From contig JACAEL010000014.1 of assembly GCA_013388835.1 (NCBI GenBank), forward strand, positions 161,528 to 225,527: a stretch of DNA of 64,000 nucleotides. Reading direction: 5' to 3'. The translations under genes were made by a program, and so were the position numbers. Numbering within the stretch: the first letter of the stretch is position 1; every line of letters begins with the position of its first letter. Shown here piece by piece: positions 38,043 to 46,964 of the stretch. Source of the DNA: Candidatus Thorarchaeota archaeon (lineage in GTDB: Archaea; Asgardarchaeota; Thorarchaeia; Thorarchaeales; Thorarchaeaceae). The notes under the pieces were generated by a model. That model did not search any database. It saw nothing but the letters and a program-made list of their open reading frames with translations, and was not told the origin of the DNA.

Positions 38043-39404
38043 ATGGTGCGTCTTATGGAACAGAAACACATCGACATTCTCCGGGAACTTGGTTTTAGCA
38101 TCACTCCTGAGATGCTGAAGAACGAGTATTGGCAGAAGCGTGGAGCAGAGGCTCTGGCCATAACCACGCAAGAGCGTGAGATATACGGCTGTTTGGATCA
38201 CACACGAGGTCAAGGACTGCAGCTGTTCGACATCGAGGGCACAGAGTATCTTGACATGACAGGGGGGGTGGCTGTGCGTGCCTTCGGTCTGAGGTATCCC
38301 CCATTACTTGACTTTGAGATACGAATCAACGATCTTGAACGAGAGATGCCCGGGATGGACTTCGATGCCATTCCTCAGACTCTGCTTGCTGAGAAGCTGG
38401 CCAAGATGACTCCTGGCGACCACAAGAAGCGTGTCACCTTCACCACATCGGGTGGTCGTGCAGTTGAGGGATGCATGAAGTCTGCCATGGACTTGAGCGG
38501 CAAACAGAGATTCGTGGCCTTTCTGCCTGCCTTTCATGGGCGGACCGGATATGCTCTGTCGCTCACGGCATCGAACAGTCGTCACAAGAACGGCTATCCA
38601 CAGGGTGTTGATGTGACTCGGATATACTACCCGTACTGCTACAGGTGCCCCTATGGACAGGATGTTGAGGACTGCAACCTCCAGTGTGTTGAGGCCCTCA
38701 GATATGCTCTTCAGGTCGAGGGTAATGACATAGCGGCCACGGTCATGGAACCACTATGCGGCGAGGGAGGTCTCATTGTGCCTCCTGCAAAGGCCGTGAA
38801 GGGCATGTATGAGGTGACCAAGGAGGCAGGTGCGTATTTCATGTCCGACGAGGTGCAGGCCGGCATGGGCAGGACCGGCAAGTTCTGTGCAATCGAACAC
38901 CACGGTGTTGTACCGGACTTCATCTCTATGGCAAAGGCACTTGGTGGCGGTTATCCGATGGGCGCATCCATCGGGCCCGCTCCAATGTACACTGCTGCAA
39001 GCCGACACTCGGAGACATTCTCCGCAGAGCCCAAGATGGCAACTCTCTCTCTCTGGGTCCTGAAACATCTCGAGGACATGCAGTTCATGAAGAAGAATGC
39101 AGAGAATGGAGCATATCTGCTGAAGCGGCTTGGCGAACTCAAGGACAAGTACGAGGTCGTCGGGGACGTTCGTGGACTTGGCTTGATGGTGGGTGTCGAG
39201 TTCGTCAAGGACAAGAAGACCAAGACAAAGGCTGTGCAGTTCAGGAACCAGCTCGTCCACACGCTTGTGAAAAAGCAAAAGCTGTGGATTCTGGGCGCAG
39301 GTCAGAATTGCATCAGATTCACTCCAAGCTACGTCATAACCCGTGAGCAGATTGATGACGCGGTGAGTCGACTGGAAGAAGGCATTCAACAGACTCCGAA
39401 GTAG
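38043..39404 (+). CDS. class III (PLP-dependent) aminotransferase, acetylornithine/GABA aminotransferase family
   Basis: 453 aa. It has TTSGGRAVEG, FMSDEVQAGMGRTGK and ISMAKALGGGYPMG (PLP lysine context). Confidence 0.85.
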   Translation: MVRLMEQKHIDILRELGFSITPEMLKNEYWQKRGAEALAITTQEREIYGCLDHTRGQGLQLFDIEGTEYLDMTGGVAVRAFGLRYPPLLDFEIRINDLEREMPGMDFDAIPQTLLAEKLAKMTPGDHKKRVTFTTSGGRAVEGCMKSAMDLSGKQRFVAFLPAFHGRTGYALSLTASNSRHKNGYPQGVDVTRIYYPYCYRCPYGQDVEDCNLQCVEALRYALQVEGNDIAATVMEPLCGEGGLIVPPAKAVKGMYEVTKEAGAYFMSDEVQAGMGRTGKFCAIEHHGVVPDFISMAKALGGGYPMGASIGPAPMYTAASRHSETFSAEPKMATLSLWVLKHLEDMQFMKKNAENGAYLLKRLGELKDKYEVVGDVRGLGLMVGVEFVKDKKTKTKAVQFRNQLVHTLVKKQKLWILGAGQNCIRFTPSYVITREQIDDAVSRLEEGIQQTPK

Positions 39405-39466
39405 GCTCACCTGCCGGTGGTGACAAAGAACAGGTCGTGCATCTTCTGATGCACGGCCCATCTCGT

Positions 39467-39796
39467 CTATTTGAGCGCCATCAGTATGGCGCCGATGATG
39501 ACAATGATCCCTGCGAGCCCCGCTGGGAAGTAGAGGATAATGCCCAGTATGAGAAGGATGAGCCAGTTCTTCTGGAGCTTGAGGGACTTGATGTCAATCA
39601 CTCCACTGGTGGCCAGTATGATGAGCGATATCACGATGGCTACTATGCCCCATATGATGTTGCTCAGGAAACCCATGTTGAATGGGACCCAGAGCAAGAA
39701 GGGCGCGCCCACAATCCACAGTATTCCCAATAGGAGACCGATTATGCCGCCCAGTGTAACGAGCAGCTGACCGGCCTTCTGAAAGTCGTTTGCCAT
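39467..39796 (-). CDS. small integral membrane protein
   Basis: 109 aa with 3-4 hydrophobic helices. No family was recognised. Confidence 0.5.
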   Translation of the reverse strand: MANDFQKAGQLLVTLGGIIGLLLGILWIVGAPFLLWVPFNMGFLSNIIWGIVAIVISLIILATSGVIDIKSLKLQKNWLILLILGIILYFPAGLAGIIVIIGAILMALK

Positions 39797-40169
39797 TCTG
39801 TTTTCTTCTCCGGTTAACTTGTTCTTGCTTGCCTCGAGGCTCCGGACTCCACTGATAGACTCCTGACGACCGCGTCCTGGCCGCCGCGAGGTTGGTACGA
39901 ATGGGGTGTGGTTCTATTTAAGAGTGCGTGCAGTTCTCTCCGGCTTTCATTTCTGCCTCCTCCTCGACGCCGAGAGCTGATGTTCGTCACAGCACGAGTG
40001 AATGACAGACTACGAGGTGATATACCTCATCTGGAACCTCTCATCCAGCTGACCGGCACAAGCGCGCTGAAGCCAGTACTCGGTGACAGACTGTGTTGCT
40101 ATCACGGGCTAGCGTCTCCTAGATTGCCCGGGGCAACACGACCCGTGCTGAAGCCGAAGGGCGGATATG

Positions 40170-40440
40170 TGGGCTGAGCCCATGGATGCAGGGAGTACGC
40201 ACAGCCTCTCTGGTCGTACATGGAGAGCCCTGAGGTGTGGATGAGGCAGAACGACCACGGCATGAAGAGCATGGTCGAGTCGGGCCACTCGGCATTGAAG
40301 AGGCGATACGGTGGTACACTCAGGTCGAGAGTCGATTGATGACCCACGGTCTGCAGAGGTGCTCCTGAAGGTCATCGCCTACAACGCACAGCGACTACTG
40401 CATCTCTTCTGGGAATACAGCTGAATTATGCAACAGGCTC
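40170..40440 (+). pseudogene. decayed IS4/IS5-superfamily DDE transposase, C-terminal part with frameshifts
   Basis: Three frames must be joined: MDAGSTHSL..., then RQNDHGMKSMVESGHSALKRRYGGTLRSRVD* (stop 40337-40339), then a frame change to IDDPRSAEVLLKVIAYNAQRLLHLFWEYS* (stop 40422-40424). VES..SALKRR.GG.LRSR and the ..AYN..RL tail are typical of IS5-like transposase C-termini. No left end or inverted repeat was found. Confidence 0.6.
40389..40440 (+). repeat. IS right-end repeat, copy 1
   Basis: The 52-nt sequence cagcgactactgcatctcttctgggaatacagctgaattatgcaacaggctc matches 42102-42153 at 44 of 52 positions (manual alignment, no gaps). Confidence 0.7.
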
Positions 40441-40452
40441 CTGAAGGGCAGT

Positions 40453-41520
40453 ATGCTTATGAATAACTTGAGCATAGACACTGATAGCCCACAGGAGGTG
40501 AGTCGTATGGAAAGGGATACAAGACTAGCACTGCTAGCAGTGCTGCCACTGACTGTGGTAGTATCAATGAGTGTGGTTCCGCTGACACTGGTTCCGGTGG
40601 TCCACACTGTGATTGCACCTCTGAGTCACGACGCTGCGACCGACGCGGGTGTTTCTCAACTCGCCGAGTTCCTACCGGGTGCCATAGTCGTGAACCCGTT
40701 CAGCCTGCTTGGACGCCTTGTACTACTGAGAGCCATTGTCGATGTTGTGTGGGTATGCCACGGAAACCCTGACGGACTCCATACGCAGTCCGGACTTGTC
40801 ACTTGGGACTATTTCCGTGAGTTCATGGGTCTAACGCCGGCAACAAGGCAATACGTCATGTCCTGCCACTCTGCAGGACTCCTTGATCGTTTTCCAAGCC
40901 TTGAGCGCACAGTCCCAAGGAGCTCGGTCGTCGGCGGAGTGATTGATGCTGGACTCCTAGCTGGCTTGACTGCTATGCACATCCACCTCTTCCATGGTGA
41001 TGTCGATGCTGCTCGAATCGTTCTGATGGCATCGCTTGAGTCGACACTGGAGAGGGTGTGCAACAATCAGGTATTGCCGCTTGGTCTTGGGCCCAACGAG
41101 ATCTTCTGGGCGGCTGTCGGAGTCGCTTTCCTCGTCATCTCACTCCTTGCAGGCGCTGGAATGGGGTGGGCGCTGGAAGAGGAAACGATTCGAGCTGTCG
41201 GACTGATGCTGGCGGTAGGATATCTGGAGAACCTCACCAATATAGTTCTGCTATGCATTGGCTGGCTTTCCGGAGCGGTTTCATTTCTGGCGTTTCTCGC
41301 ATCCGTACTTCCAATATTCCCGGCACTATTATACTACGTCATCATCTCGGTGGCGTGGTATAATGCATGGAAGGCAGGTGTGTTGGTGACCAGTGCAAGC
41401 ACACCTTGGCTGACATGGCTAGCGAACATCGCGACAGCTCTTACAGTACTGGCACTGCTTCTAGGCATCCTGAGCGACCTGCAGGACAACGACGACCAAG
41501 CGACAACACTGTTCGGATGA
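40453..41520 (+). CDS. membrane protein: N-terminal anchor, ~190-aa soluble domain with a caspase/CHAT-like His-Cys dyad, C-terminal multi-TM bundle
   Basis: 355 aa. The soluble part contains VDVVWVCHGNPDGL...(35 aa)...RQYVMSCHSAGLL, a beta-strand-HG and beta-strand-C(H)S(A)G arrangement. The C-terminal ~160 aa have 4-5 TM helices. Confidence 0.45.
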   Translation: MLMNNLSIDTDSPQEVSRMERDTRLALLAVLPLTVVVSMSVVPLTLVPVVHTVIAPLSHDAATDAGVSQLAEFLPGAIVVNPFSLLGRLVLLRAIVDVVWVCHGNPDGLHTQSGLVTWDYFREFMGLTPATRQYVMSCHSAGLLDRFPSLERTVPRSSVVGGVIDAGLLAGLTAMHIHLFHGDVDAARIVLMASLESTLERVCNNQVLPLGLGPNEIFWAAVGVAFLVISLLAGAGMGWALEEETIRAVGLMLAVGYLENLTNIVLLCIGWLSGAVSFLAFLASVLPIFPALLYYVIISVAWYNAWKAGVLVTSASTPWLTWLANIATALTVLALLLGILSDLQDNDDQATTLFG

Positions 41521-41524
41521 GTGG

Positions 41525-41965
41525 GTGGATTCCATGAGCTTCGGGTACTCTCTATATCATTATCGAAAGGAACGCAATCCGGTCATACAGCATCTCCATG
41601 TTGTTGGCGCCACTAGCCCCGGCTCTGCGGTTGAGCTAGCAAGCATAGTCGAACGTGTGCATGTGCGCGAGTCATCGATAAGGCGTCTTGTACGCGGAGG
41701 CTGGTGGGTTTCCTCGACCGAAGACGGGCGTCTTTATCTGGACGTGGCCCTCGTCAAGCGGAGAGCCATACGGTCAGGAATAGGTCAGTTGGTCCTGATG
41801 GAATCCGTCATCGTGGTTGTAGTTCTTCTTACAGCGATTCAACCGGAAACCTACCTTCCGCCAGAAATCCTTCTTCTCATTCTGGGACTCCTCTCCGTGA
41901 TGGTTGTTGGCTTCGCGTATCTAGAAGCCTGGCCCTACTTCTATCTGAGGCGAAAGAGAGTCTGA
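41525..41965 (+). CDS. hypothetical protein, N-terminal wHTH-like domain plus two TM helices
   Basis: 146 aa, starting at GTG 41525 or ATG 41534. It begins 4 nt after the previous gene, so the two are probably co-transcribed. Confidence 0.45.
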   Translation: MDSMSFGYSLYHYRKERNPVIQHLHVVGATSPGSAVELASIVERVHVRESSIRRLVRGGWWVSSTEDGRLYLDVALVKRRAIRSGIGQLVLMESVIVVVVLLTAIQPETYLPPEILLLILGLLSVMVVGFAYLEAWPYFYLRRKRV

Positions 41966-41974
41966 TGCCGATGT

Positions 41975-42153
41975 GTCAAGCAGCCGGAGGTGTTGCAGCT
42001 GACTTGGGATTGGTTCAAGAGGCGATACATGGTGTCCCGAGGCCAAGGGGCGATGGCCGAAGGTAGGCGGAGATGCCCGTGAAAGTGGTGACCAAAACAA
42101 TCAGCGACTCCTGCAGCTCATCTGGGTGAACAGATGAATTATGCAACAGACTC
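41975..42153 (+). pseudogene. second, shorter remnant of the same IS family (extreme C-terminus plus right end)
   Basis: WFKRRYMVSRGQG... parallels ALKRRYGGTLRSR of copy 1. After a frame change it reads QRLLQLIWVNR*, against QRLLHLFWEYS*. It ends with the same gaattatgcaacag terminal sequence, in the same orientation as copy 1. Confidence 0.55.
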
Positions 42154-42249
42154 TCCCGGACACAAACACTTATCAGTTCACGCGAGTGCCCCGTCCTATT
42201 ACTAAAAGGAGGTAATATGCACAGATGGTGATGACCCAATGGGGGAATC

Positions 42250-42483
42250 ATGTTTGTCAGACGCTCTTTCTTAGCATTGCCTCCTTCCGCGAAACTCGTG
42301 TACGTTCTTCTTAAGTTCCATCGCCGGATGTCCCGGCAGGACTTGATTGAGCAGACCTTCTTACCACCTAGGACCGTGAACTATGGTCTCAGTAGACTGA
42401 AGGGACTAGGTCTAATAAGAGAAGAGCCGCACCGAGAGGACAGAAGGATGACGATGTACGTCTTGACGGGCACACCCGCGTGA
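42250..42483 (+). CDS. small winged-helix (MarR/ArsR-like) DNA-binding protein
   Basis: 77 aa. LPPSAKLVYVLLKFHRRMSRQDLIEQTFLPPRTVNYGLSRLKGLGLIRE fits an HTH plus wing pattern. Confidence 0.65.
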   Translation: MFVRRSFLALPPSAKLVYVLLKFHRRMSRQDLIEQTFLPPRTVNYGLSRLKGLGLIREEPHREDRRMTMYVLTGTPA

Positions 42484-42625
42484 TTCCCTTTCATCGGACC
42501 AAGGCACTCAGCATGAGCCGCCTTGGTCCTCCTATCTATCCGCACACGGGTCCGGGAGGTCCTCCATCCAAAAGCCTCTTATCGCTGGCGAAGTGGGACT
42601 GCCCTCAAGACAAGAGGCGCGACGC

Positions 42626-43984
42626 ATGGACTTCTACACCAGAGCAGGAGTTGAACCGTTAGGTAGTGAGACAAGGACGCACTTCACGAACGAAGTACGG
42701 CCTGAGCTTGCAGGAAAGAAGGTCGTCCTTGTAGGCTGGGTACACATACTCCGCGACAAGGGCAGGATCAAGTTCGTGATTCTGCGCGACGAGCATGGGA
42801 CAATACAGGTCACAGTTCCCGAGAAGAAAGTGCGGCCGGAGGTCTTTGAGACCATAGGGCGTCTTCGAAGTGAGTTTGTGATTGTGGTGCGTGGCACAGT
42901 GGTCGCCACTTCTCAGGTCGAGTCAGGTGTTGAGGTCATCCCCGATTCCGTTAGGATCATCAATAATGCTGACAGACTGCCAATAGACATTGTGGAGGGC
43001 AAGGTCGATGTTGACCTTGATACGCGTCTGAATCATCGAATCATAGATCTACGCAAGCCCAAGGTCAATGCGATTTTTCGCGTACAGCACTCACTCGTGA
43101 GGTTTGCTCGCGAGTTTCTGGAGAACAATGATTTCGTTGAGATTCATACGCCGAAGCTGGTAGCAGAGGCCACAGAAGGTGGTGCCAATCTCTTCGAGGT
43201 CAAGTACTTCGAGCGACGTGCCTACCTTGCCCAGAGTCCTCAGTTCTACAAGCAGCTGATGTTGCTCGCTGGTTTCGGAAGGGTGTTTGAGATTGCTCCG
43301 GTCTTCAGGGCGGAGAAACACAACACACGTCGCCACGTCAATGAGTACACCTCCTTCGACCTCGAGATGGCATGGATATCTGGAGTGGAGGATGTGATGA
43401 AGATGGAGGAACAGATGCTCCATCACGCATTCAAAAAGACCGCTAAGCATGCAGCCTCGGACCTAGAGCTACTGGGAGTGGACTTCCATGTCCCGAAGAT
43501 TCCATTCAAGAGAATCAAGTACGCGGATGCGATACAGATGCTAAGAGATGAGGGTAAGGAGGTCAAGATAGGAGATGACTTGGACCCCGAGTGCGAGCGC
43601 ATACTTGGTGAGCTGTTCCCTCAGCGTTTCGGTACAGACATGGTCTTCATCACTCACTACCCTTTGGAGTTGAGACCTGCATACACCATGCCAAGCCTCA
43701 CTGACGAGGGCATGACGGAGAGCTTTGACCTCACCTACAAGGGAATGGAGATAACCACCGGCAGTCAACGTATTCATCTCCACGACCTGCTTGTCGAGCG
43801 GTTCAAGGCCAAGGGCTACAACCCTGAGAACTTCAGCTTCTACATAGACCCATTCAGATACGGCGCACCTCCCCACGGAGGACTGGGTCTGGGTGTAGAG
43901 AGACTGACCATGCAGGTGTTGGGGATTGACAACATCCGTGAGGCAGTGTTGCTCCCACGCGACCGCGAGCGTCTGACACCATAG
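42626..43984 (+). CDS. aspS: aspartyl-tRNA synthetase (archaeal/eukaryotic type)
   Basis: It has an OB anticodon-binding domain (GWVHILRDKGRIKFVILRD). Class II motifs are FRAEKHNTRRHVNEYTSFDLEMAW and GGLGLGVERL. ATG at 42626 is preferred over the GTG at 42593. Confidence 0.9.
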   Translation: MDFYTRAGVEPLGSETRTHFTNEVRPELAGKKVVLVGWVHILRDKGRIKFVILRDEHGTIQVTVPEKKVRPEVFETIGRLRSEFVIVVRGTVVATSQVESGVEVIPDSVRIINNADRLPIDIVEGKVDVDLDTRLNHRIIDLRKPKVNAIFRVQHSLVRFAREFLENNDFVEIHTPKLVAEATEGGANLFEVKYFERRAYLAQSPQFYKQLMLLAGFGRVFEIAPVFRAEKHNTRRHVNEYTSFDLEMAWISGVEDVMKMEEQMLHHAFKKTAKHAASDLELLGVDFHVPKIPFKRIKYADAIQMLRDEGKEVKIGDDLDPECERILGELFPQRFGTDMVFITHYPLELRPAYTMPSLTDEGMTESFDLTYKGMEITTGSQRIHLHDLLVERFKAKGYNPENFSFYIDPFRYGAPPHGGLGLGVERLTMQVLGIDNIREAVLLPRDRERLTP

Positions 43985-44080
43985 TTGTACGAACTCCTTG
44001 GACCAAGGCATGTAATACTACCCCTTAAAGGACGCCTGACGCCTTCCCATACATCCTGTGAGAGGAAGGTACTGCTCCAG

Positions 44081-44821
44081 ATGAGTGACCGACTCCGTTC
44101 CAATCTCTACGCATCGATTGCCACACTTGACCAGCTCAAGAAGATGTACGAGATGGGCGTTGTGGATGTGTCCTCCTTCCGGCGGGAGTCGGAGGCACTC
44201 CTCCAAGACATTGCGGAGAGTATTGATGCCCTTCGCCGGGATGGTCTTGACGTCTCCTCCTTCTTTTGGGGTGAACGGATTCCCGAGTGCTTTCCCGAGG
44301 CCACAAGGCTGATCGAGGTCAGTTCGGGTCGGTCAGACACGGCCTCCCAGTCAGTTGACATGGAACGCTACTACGACCAGATAGGCCTTGCAGCACTTGA
44401 TGTTGCGACCGCCAACTCCTCAAAGGGGATTATGGGGCTTGCTGAGCTGATAGTCGAAGTGGTGAAGCGCCTCCCTCAGTACAAGAACGTCCGTTATGCC
44501 GACGTGATTGAGGCTGTCAATCGCGTGGCTGAACACGGGCTCATCCCAGGGATACGGACTCTCAGGGGTGGAGTGAAGGTGGTCCAACTGCGTCCCCTTG
44601 AACTGGGGCCGGACCAAGCTGAAGTCATCAACCTCGCTGCAACAAGAGGCTCTGTGACCATCGAAGAGGTCATGATGCAGCTCAAGTGGTCAGAGGACCA
44701 TGCTCGACAGGTTCTCACGAGCCTTGTAGATGCGGGGATGGCAGTCGCCAACGTGCGTCTCAGCACTGGGGGCCGATACCACTTCCCCGGACTCAAGGCG
44801 CGTGATGACACGACAACATGA
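44081..44821 (+). CDS. ESCRT-II Vps22/Vps36-like protein (tandem EAP30 winged helices) with a Vps28-core-like N-terminal domain
   Basis: The C-terminal 150 aa parallel SNF8/Vps22: [12 protein letters not shown]..., [78 protein letters not shown]...RYHFPGL. The N-terminal 80 aa ([26 protein letters not shown]...ALLQDI...[23 protein letters not shown]) resemble the Vps28 N-terminal core from memory of the family. ATG at 44081 lies inside ORF 43985-44821. Confidence 0.75.
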   Translation: [246 protein letters not shown]

Positions 44822-44901
44822 CTCAGCACACGCTGTTGACTGCCACTTGGTTGCAGAGTTGAGCATTAGGCGTCACTTTGTCGTGGCTCTCCAGACGCGG
44901 G

Positions 44902-45654
44902 TCAGTACCCGGCTCTTAATCTGACCGCGCCTCTCTTCTGGTCCACCCATTCAGCGCGCTTCGTGGACACAAGGATGTCCATCACGCGGTGCAGGTCTCT
45001 CTCAGGCAGCGTCCCGAACTCCTCATCGTACTCCTGTACTATCAGGGTCCCAACATCAATCAGGACTGAGCCGGTCCTGAGCGACCACGAATAGACCATG
45101 TCCGCCCAGTCCTCCAGAGGTCGCCAGTACACCCTGAGCTGTCTGTGTTTGTTGTCCCACCACTCCGCCATATCTTGGTCCACAAGCCTGTCACCCAGAA
45201 TCCTGAATGCATCTGACTTCCCTACGATGTCTTTGAACGGCATCTCTGCAAGAAAGACTGCGACTGACACTACGTGGAGCCTCCTGCTCTGGCTCCACTT
45301 CAGCAAGAAGTCCGCCCACTCCTCAGCCCACAGCTCGAGATCTTCTCTTCTAGAAGGAATTGTGTACATCCATTCGGAGTCCTTTGATGTCCCCCATGAT
45401 GGCAACAGCAGAGGTGGTTCAGGTTCAACCCGCGTCTGCACGGTGCGTGGTCTGACCTTCTGGCCGGTTGTTTCTGAGGTTGACGCCTCCTGTGTCTCAG
45501 AGGTCACTTCGGCGGTTCTAGTCCTTCTGACGACCACTTCTGGAGTGTGCTCGGTCTCTTCAAGAGTGACCTCGACCTCAGGCTCGAGTTCTGCCACGTC
45601 CTTCGACTCCGCCTTGACATCCTTCTTCGCTCGCGGTCTCTCTTTGACTGCCAA
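44902..45654 (-). CDS. vps25: ESCRT-II Vps25 (EAP20) homologue with a ~90-aa charged N-terminal extension
   Basis: PPLLLPSW..., LWAEEWADFLLKW, and AEWWDNKHRQLRVYWRPLEDWADMVYSW parallel the eukaryotic Vps25 pattern AEW.d......i.WR.peEWa..Iy.W. There is a second WH domain with FGTLPERDL...ILVSTKRAEWVD. The start lies 3 nt after the vps4 stop. Confidence 0.85.
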   Translation of the reverse strand: MAVKERPRAKKDVKAESKDVAELEPEVEVTLEETEHTPEVVVRRTRTAEVTSETQEASTSETTGQKVRPRTVQTRVEPEPPLLLPSWGTSKDSEWMYTIPSRREDLELWAEEWADFLLKWSQSRRLHVVSVAVFLAEMPFKDIVGKSDAFRILGDRLVDQDMAEWWDNKHRQLRVYWRPLEDWADMVYSWSLRTGSVLIDVGTLIVQEYDEEFGTLPERDLHRVMDILVSTKRAEWVDQKRGAVRLRAGY

Positions 45655-45657
45655 TGG

Positions 45658-46872
45658 CTATGCCCCCTCTGCCCAGTCCATGTATCTCTTGATGTCCTCG
45701 GGTGGCGTAGCAGGCCTGATGCTCTCAATGGCTGTAAGGAAGTCCTCCCTGTCGACAGGCCGGAGGTCAAGTATCTCGCTGTCGTCGTCCATCCGTCCGG
45801 ACCTCTGCAGCTCTCTTATAGGCTCCATGGCAGCCTCACGACAGACCACGCTGATATCCCTCCCACTGTAGCCCTCTGTGAGGTCTGCCAGTTCCGAGAA
45901 AGTGACGCTTGGTGACACTTCGATTTCCTCCATGTGTATCTCGAAGATGGCCTCCCTCGAGGCCTTGTCAGGAAGAGGAATGTAGATGCGCTTCTCGAAT
46001 CGTGACTTGAGGGCAAAGTCCAGCTCCCACGGCAGGTTTGTAGCGCCTATCACTGTGACTCTGTCCTCTGGCTTGCTCGCCACGCCTTGGAGCTCTGTGA
46101 GAAGCTGGGTCTTCATCCTGCGTTCGCCTCCCACATCGTCCCCTGACCTTGAACCACCAACAGAGTCGAGTTCATCTATGAACACGACAGAGGGCTGGTT
46201 CTTCCTTGCGAGTTCGAACAGTGTCATGACAAGTCTCTCTGACTCTCCCAACCACTTGCTGACAATGTTGGCAGCTGAGACGTTGAAGAAGGTCGCGTCC
46301 ACCTCGGATGCCACTGCCTTGGCGATGAGGGTCTTTCCGCATCCCGCAGGGCCATAGAACAGGATGCCTCTCCATGGCTGTCTGGCCTTACCCTTGAACA
46401 GCTCCGGATGCCTCATCGGTGTGACTATCGCATCTGCTATTGCCTGCTTGGCATGTTCCAGTCCTGCCACCTCTGACATCTTCACATCTGGTCGCTCGGT
46501 GATTATCGTGTCTGCAAGCATGTCTTGAAGCCGCTTGGACTCCTCATCCTCCTCCTCAACGCCCTTCCGTGCCGCCTCACGCCTTGCAGCTGGAGCCGCA
46601 CTCACAACATCCGGGGGACTGCTAAGCCCGTCCGGTGTAGTGCTGCTCTTCTTCTTGATCCCAGACAGGTACCTTACCCTGTCCACACACTCCTGTGCCC
46701 TGTCAAGGTAGTGTTTCTGAACACTTGGCAGTGATGCAGACTTGGACATCTTCGTAAGTATCCTGCTCGCCTTCAGGTAGTATGAGCAGGCCTCCTTCTT
46801 CATTCCCCTATTGTCAAGCTCCACTGCCTTCTCCAGCAAGGCCTTGAGACCCAAGTCCAATCTGTCAGACAT
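45658..46872 (-). CDS. vps4: Vps4 (CdvC) MIT-domain AAA+ ATPase
   Basis: 404 aa. It has an N-terminal MIT three-helix region (ACSYYLKASRIL...HYLDRAQECVDRVRYL). Walker A is GILFYGPAGCGKTLIAK, Walker B is VVFIDELDS, followed by GATNLPWELD. Confidence 0.9.
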   Translation of the reverse strand: MSDRLDLGLKALLEKAVELDNRGMKKEACSYYLKASRILTKMSKSASLPSVQKHYLDRAQECVDRVRYLSGIKKKSSTTPDGLSSPPDVVSAAPAARREAARKGVEEEDEESKRLQDMLADTIITERPDVKMSEVAGLEHAKQAIADAIVTPMRHPELFKGKARQPWRGILFYGPAGCGKTLIAKAVASEVDATFFNVSAANIVSKWLGESERLVMTLFELARKNQPSVVFIDELDSVGGSRSGDDVGGERRMKTQLLTELQGVASKPEDRVTVIGATNLPWELDFALKSRFEKRIYIPLPDKASREAIFEIHMEEIEVSPSVTFSELADLTEGYSGRDISVVCREAAMEPIRELQRSGRMDDDSEILDLRPVDREDFLTAIESIRPATPPEDIKRYMDWAEGA

Positions 46873-46964
46873 CAGAGTTCATCTCTAAGACTGAATGCAA
46901 TCTGTTAAGAACTTCGGTATGCTGTTCGAATCTCCCGTTTCCTCCCCCATCCCTAATCCACGAA

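Noticed and set aside
39908-40177. The 89-aa plus-strand ORF upstream of the transposase remnant
   Set aside because: It is probably more decayed IS sequence read in one arbitrary frame. I recognised no transposase motif, so it is not called as a gene, and the pseudogene boundary is set conservatively at 40170.
42484-42625. A short ORF at 42480-42662 (+) between the wHTH gene and aspS
   Set aside because: It is 60 aa and Pro/Gly/Ser-rich, it overlaps the aspS start region, and it has no start context.
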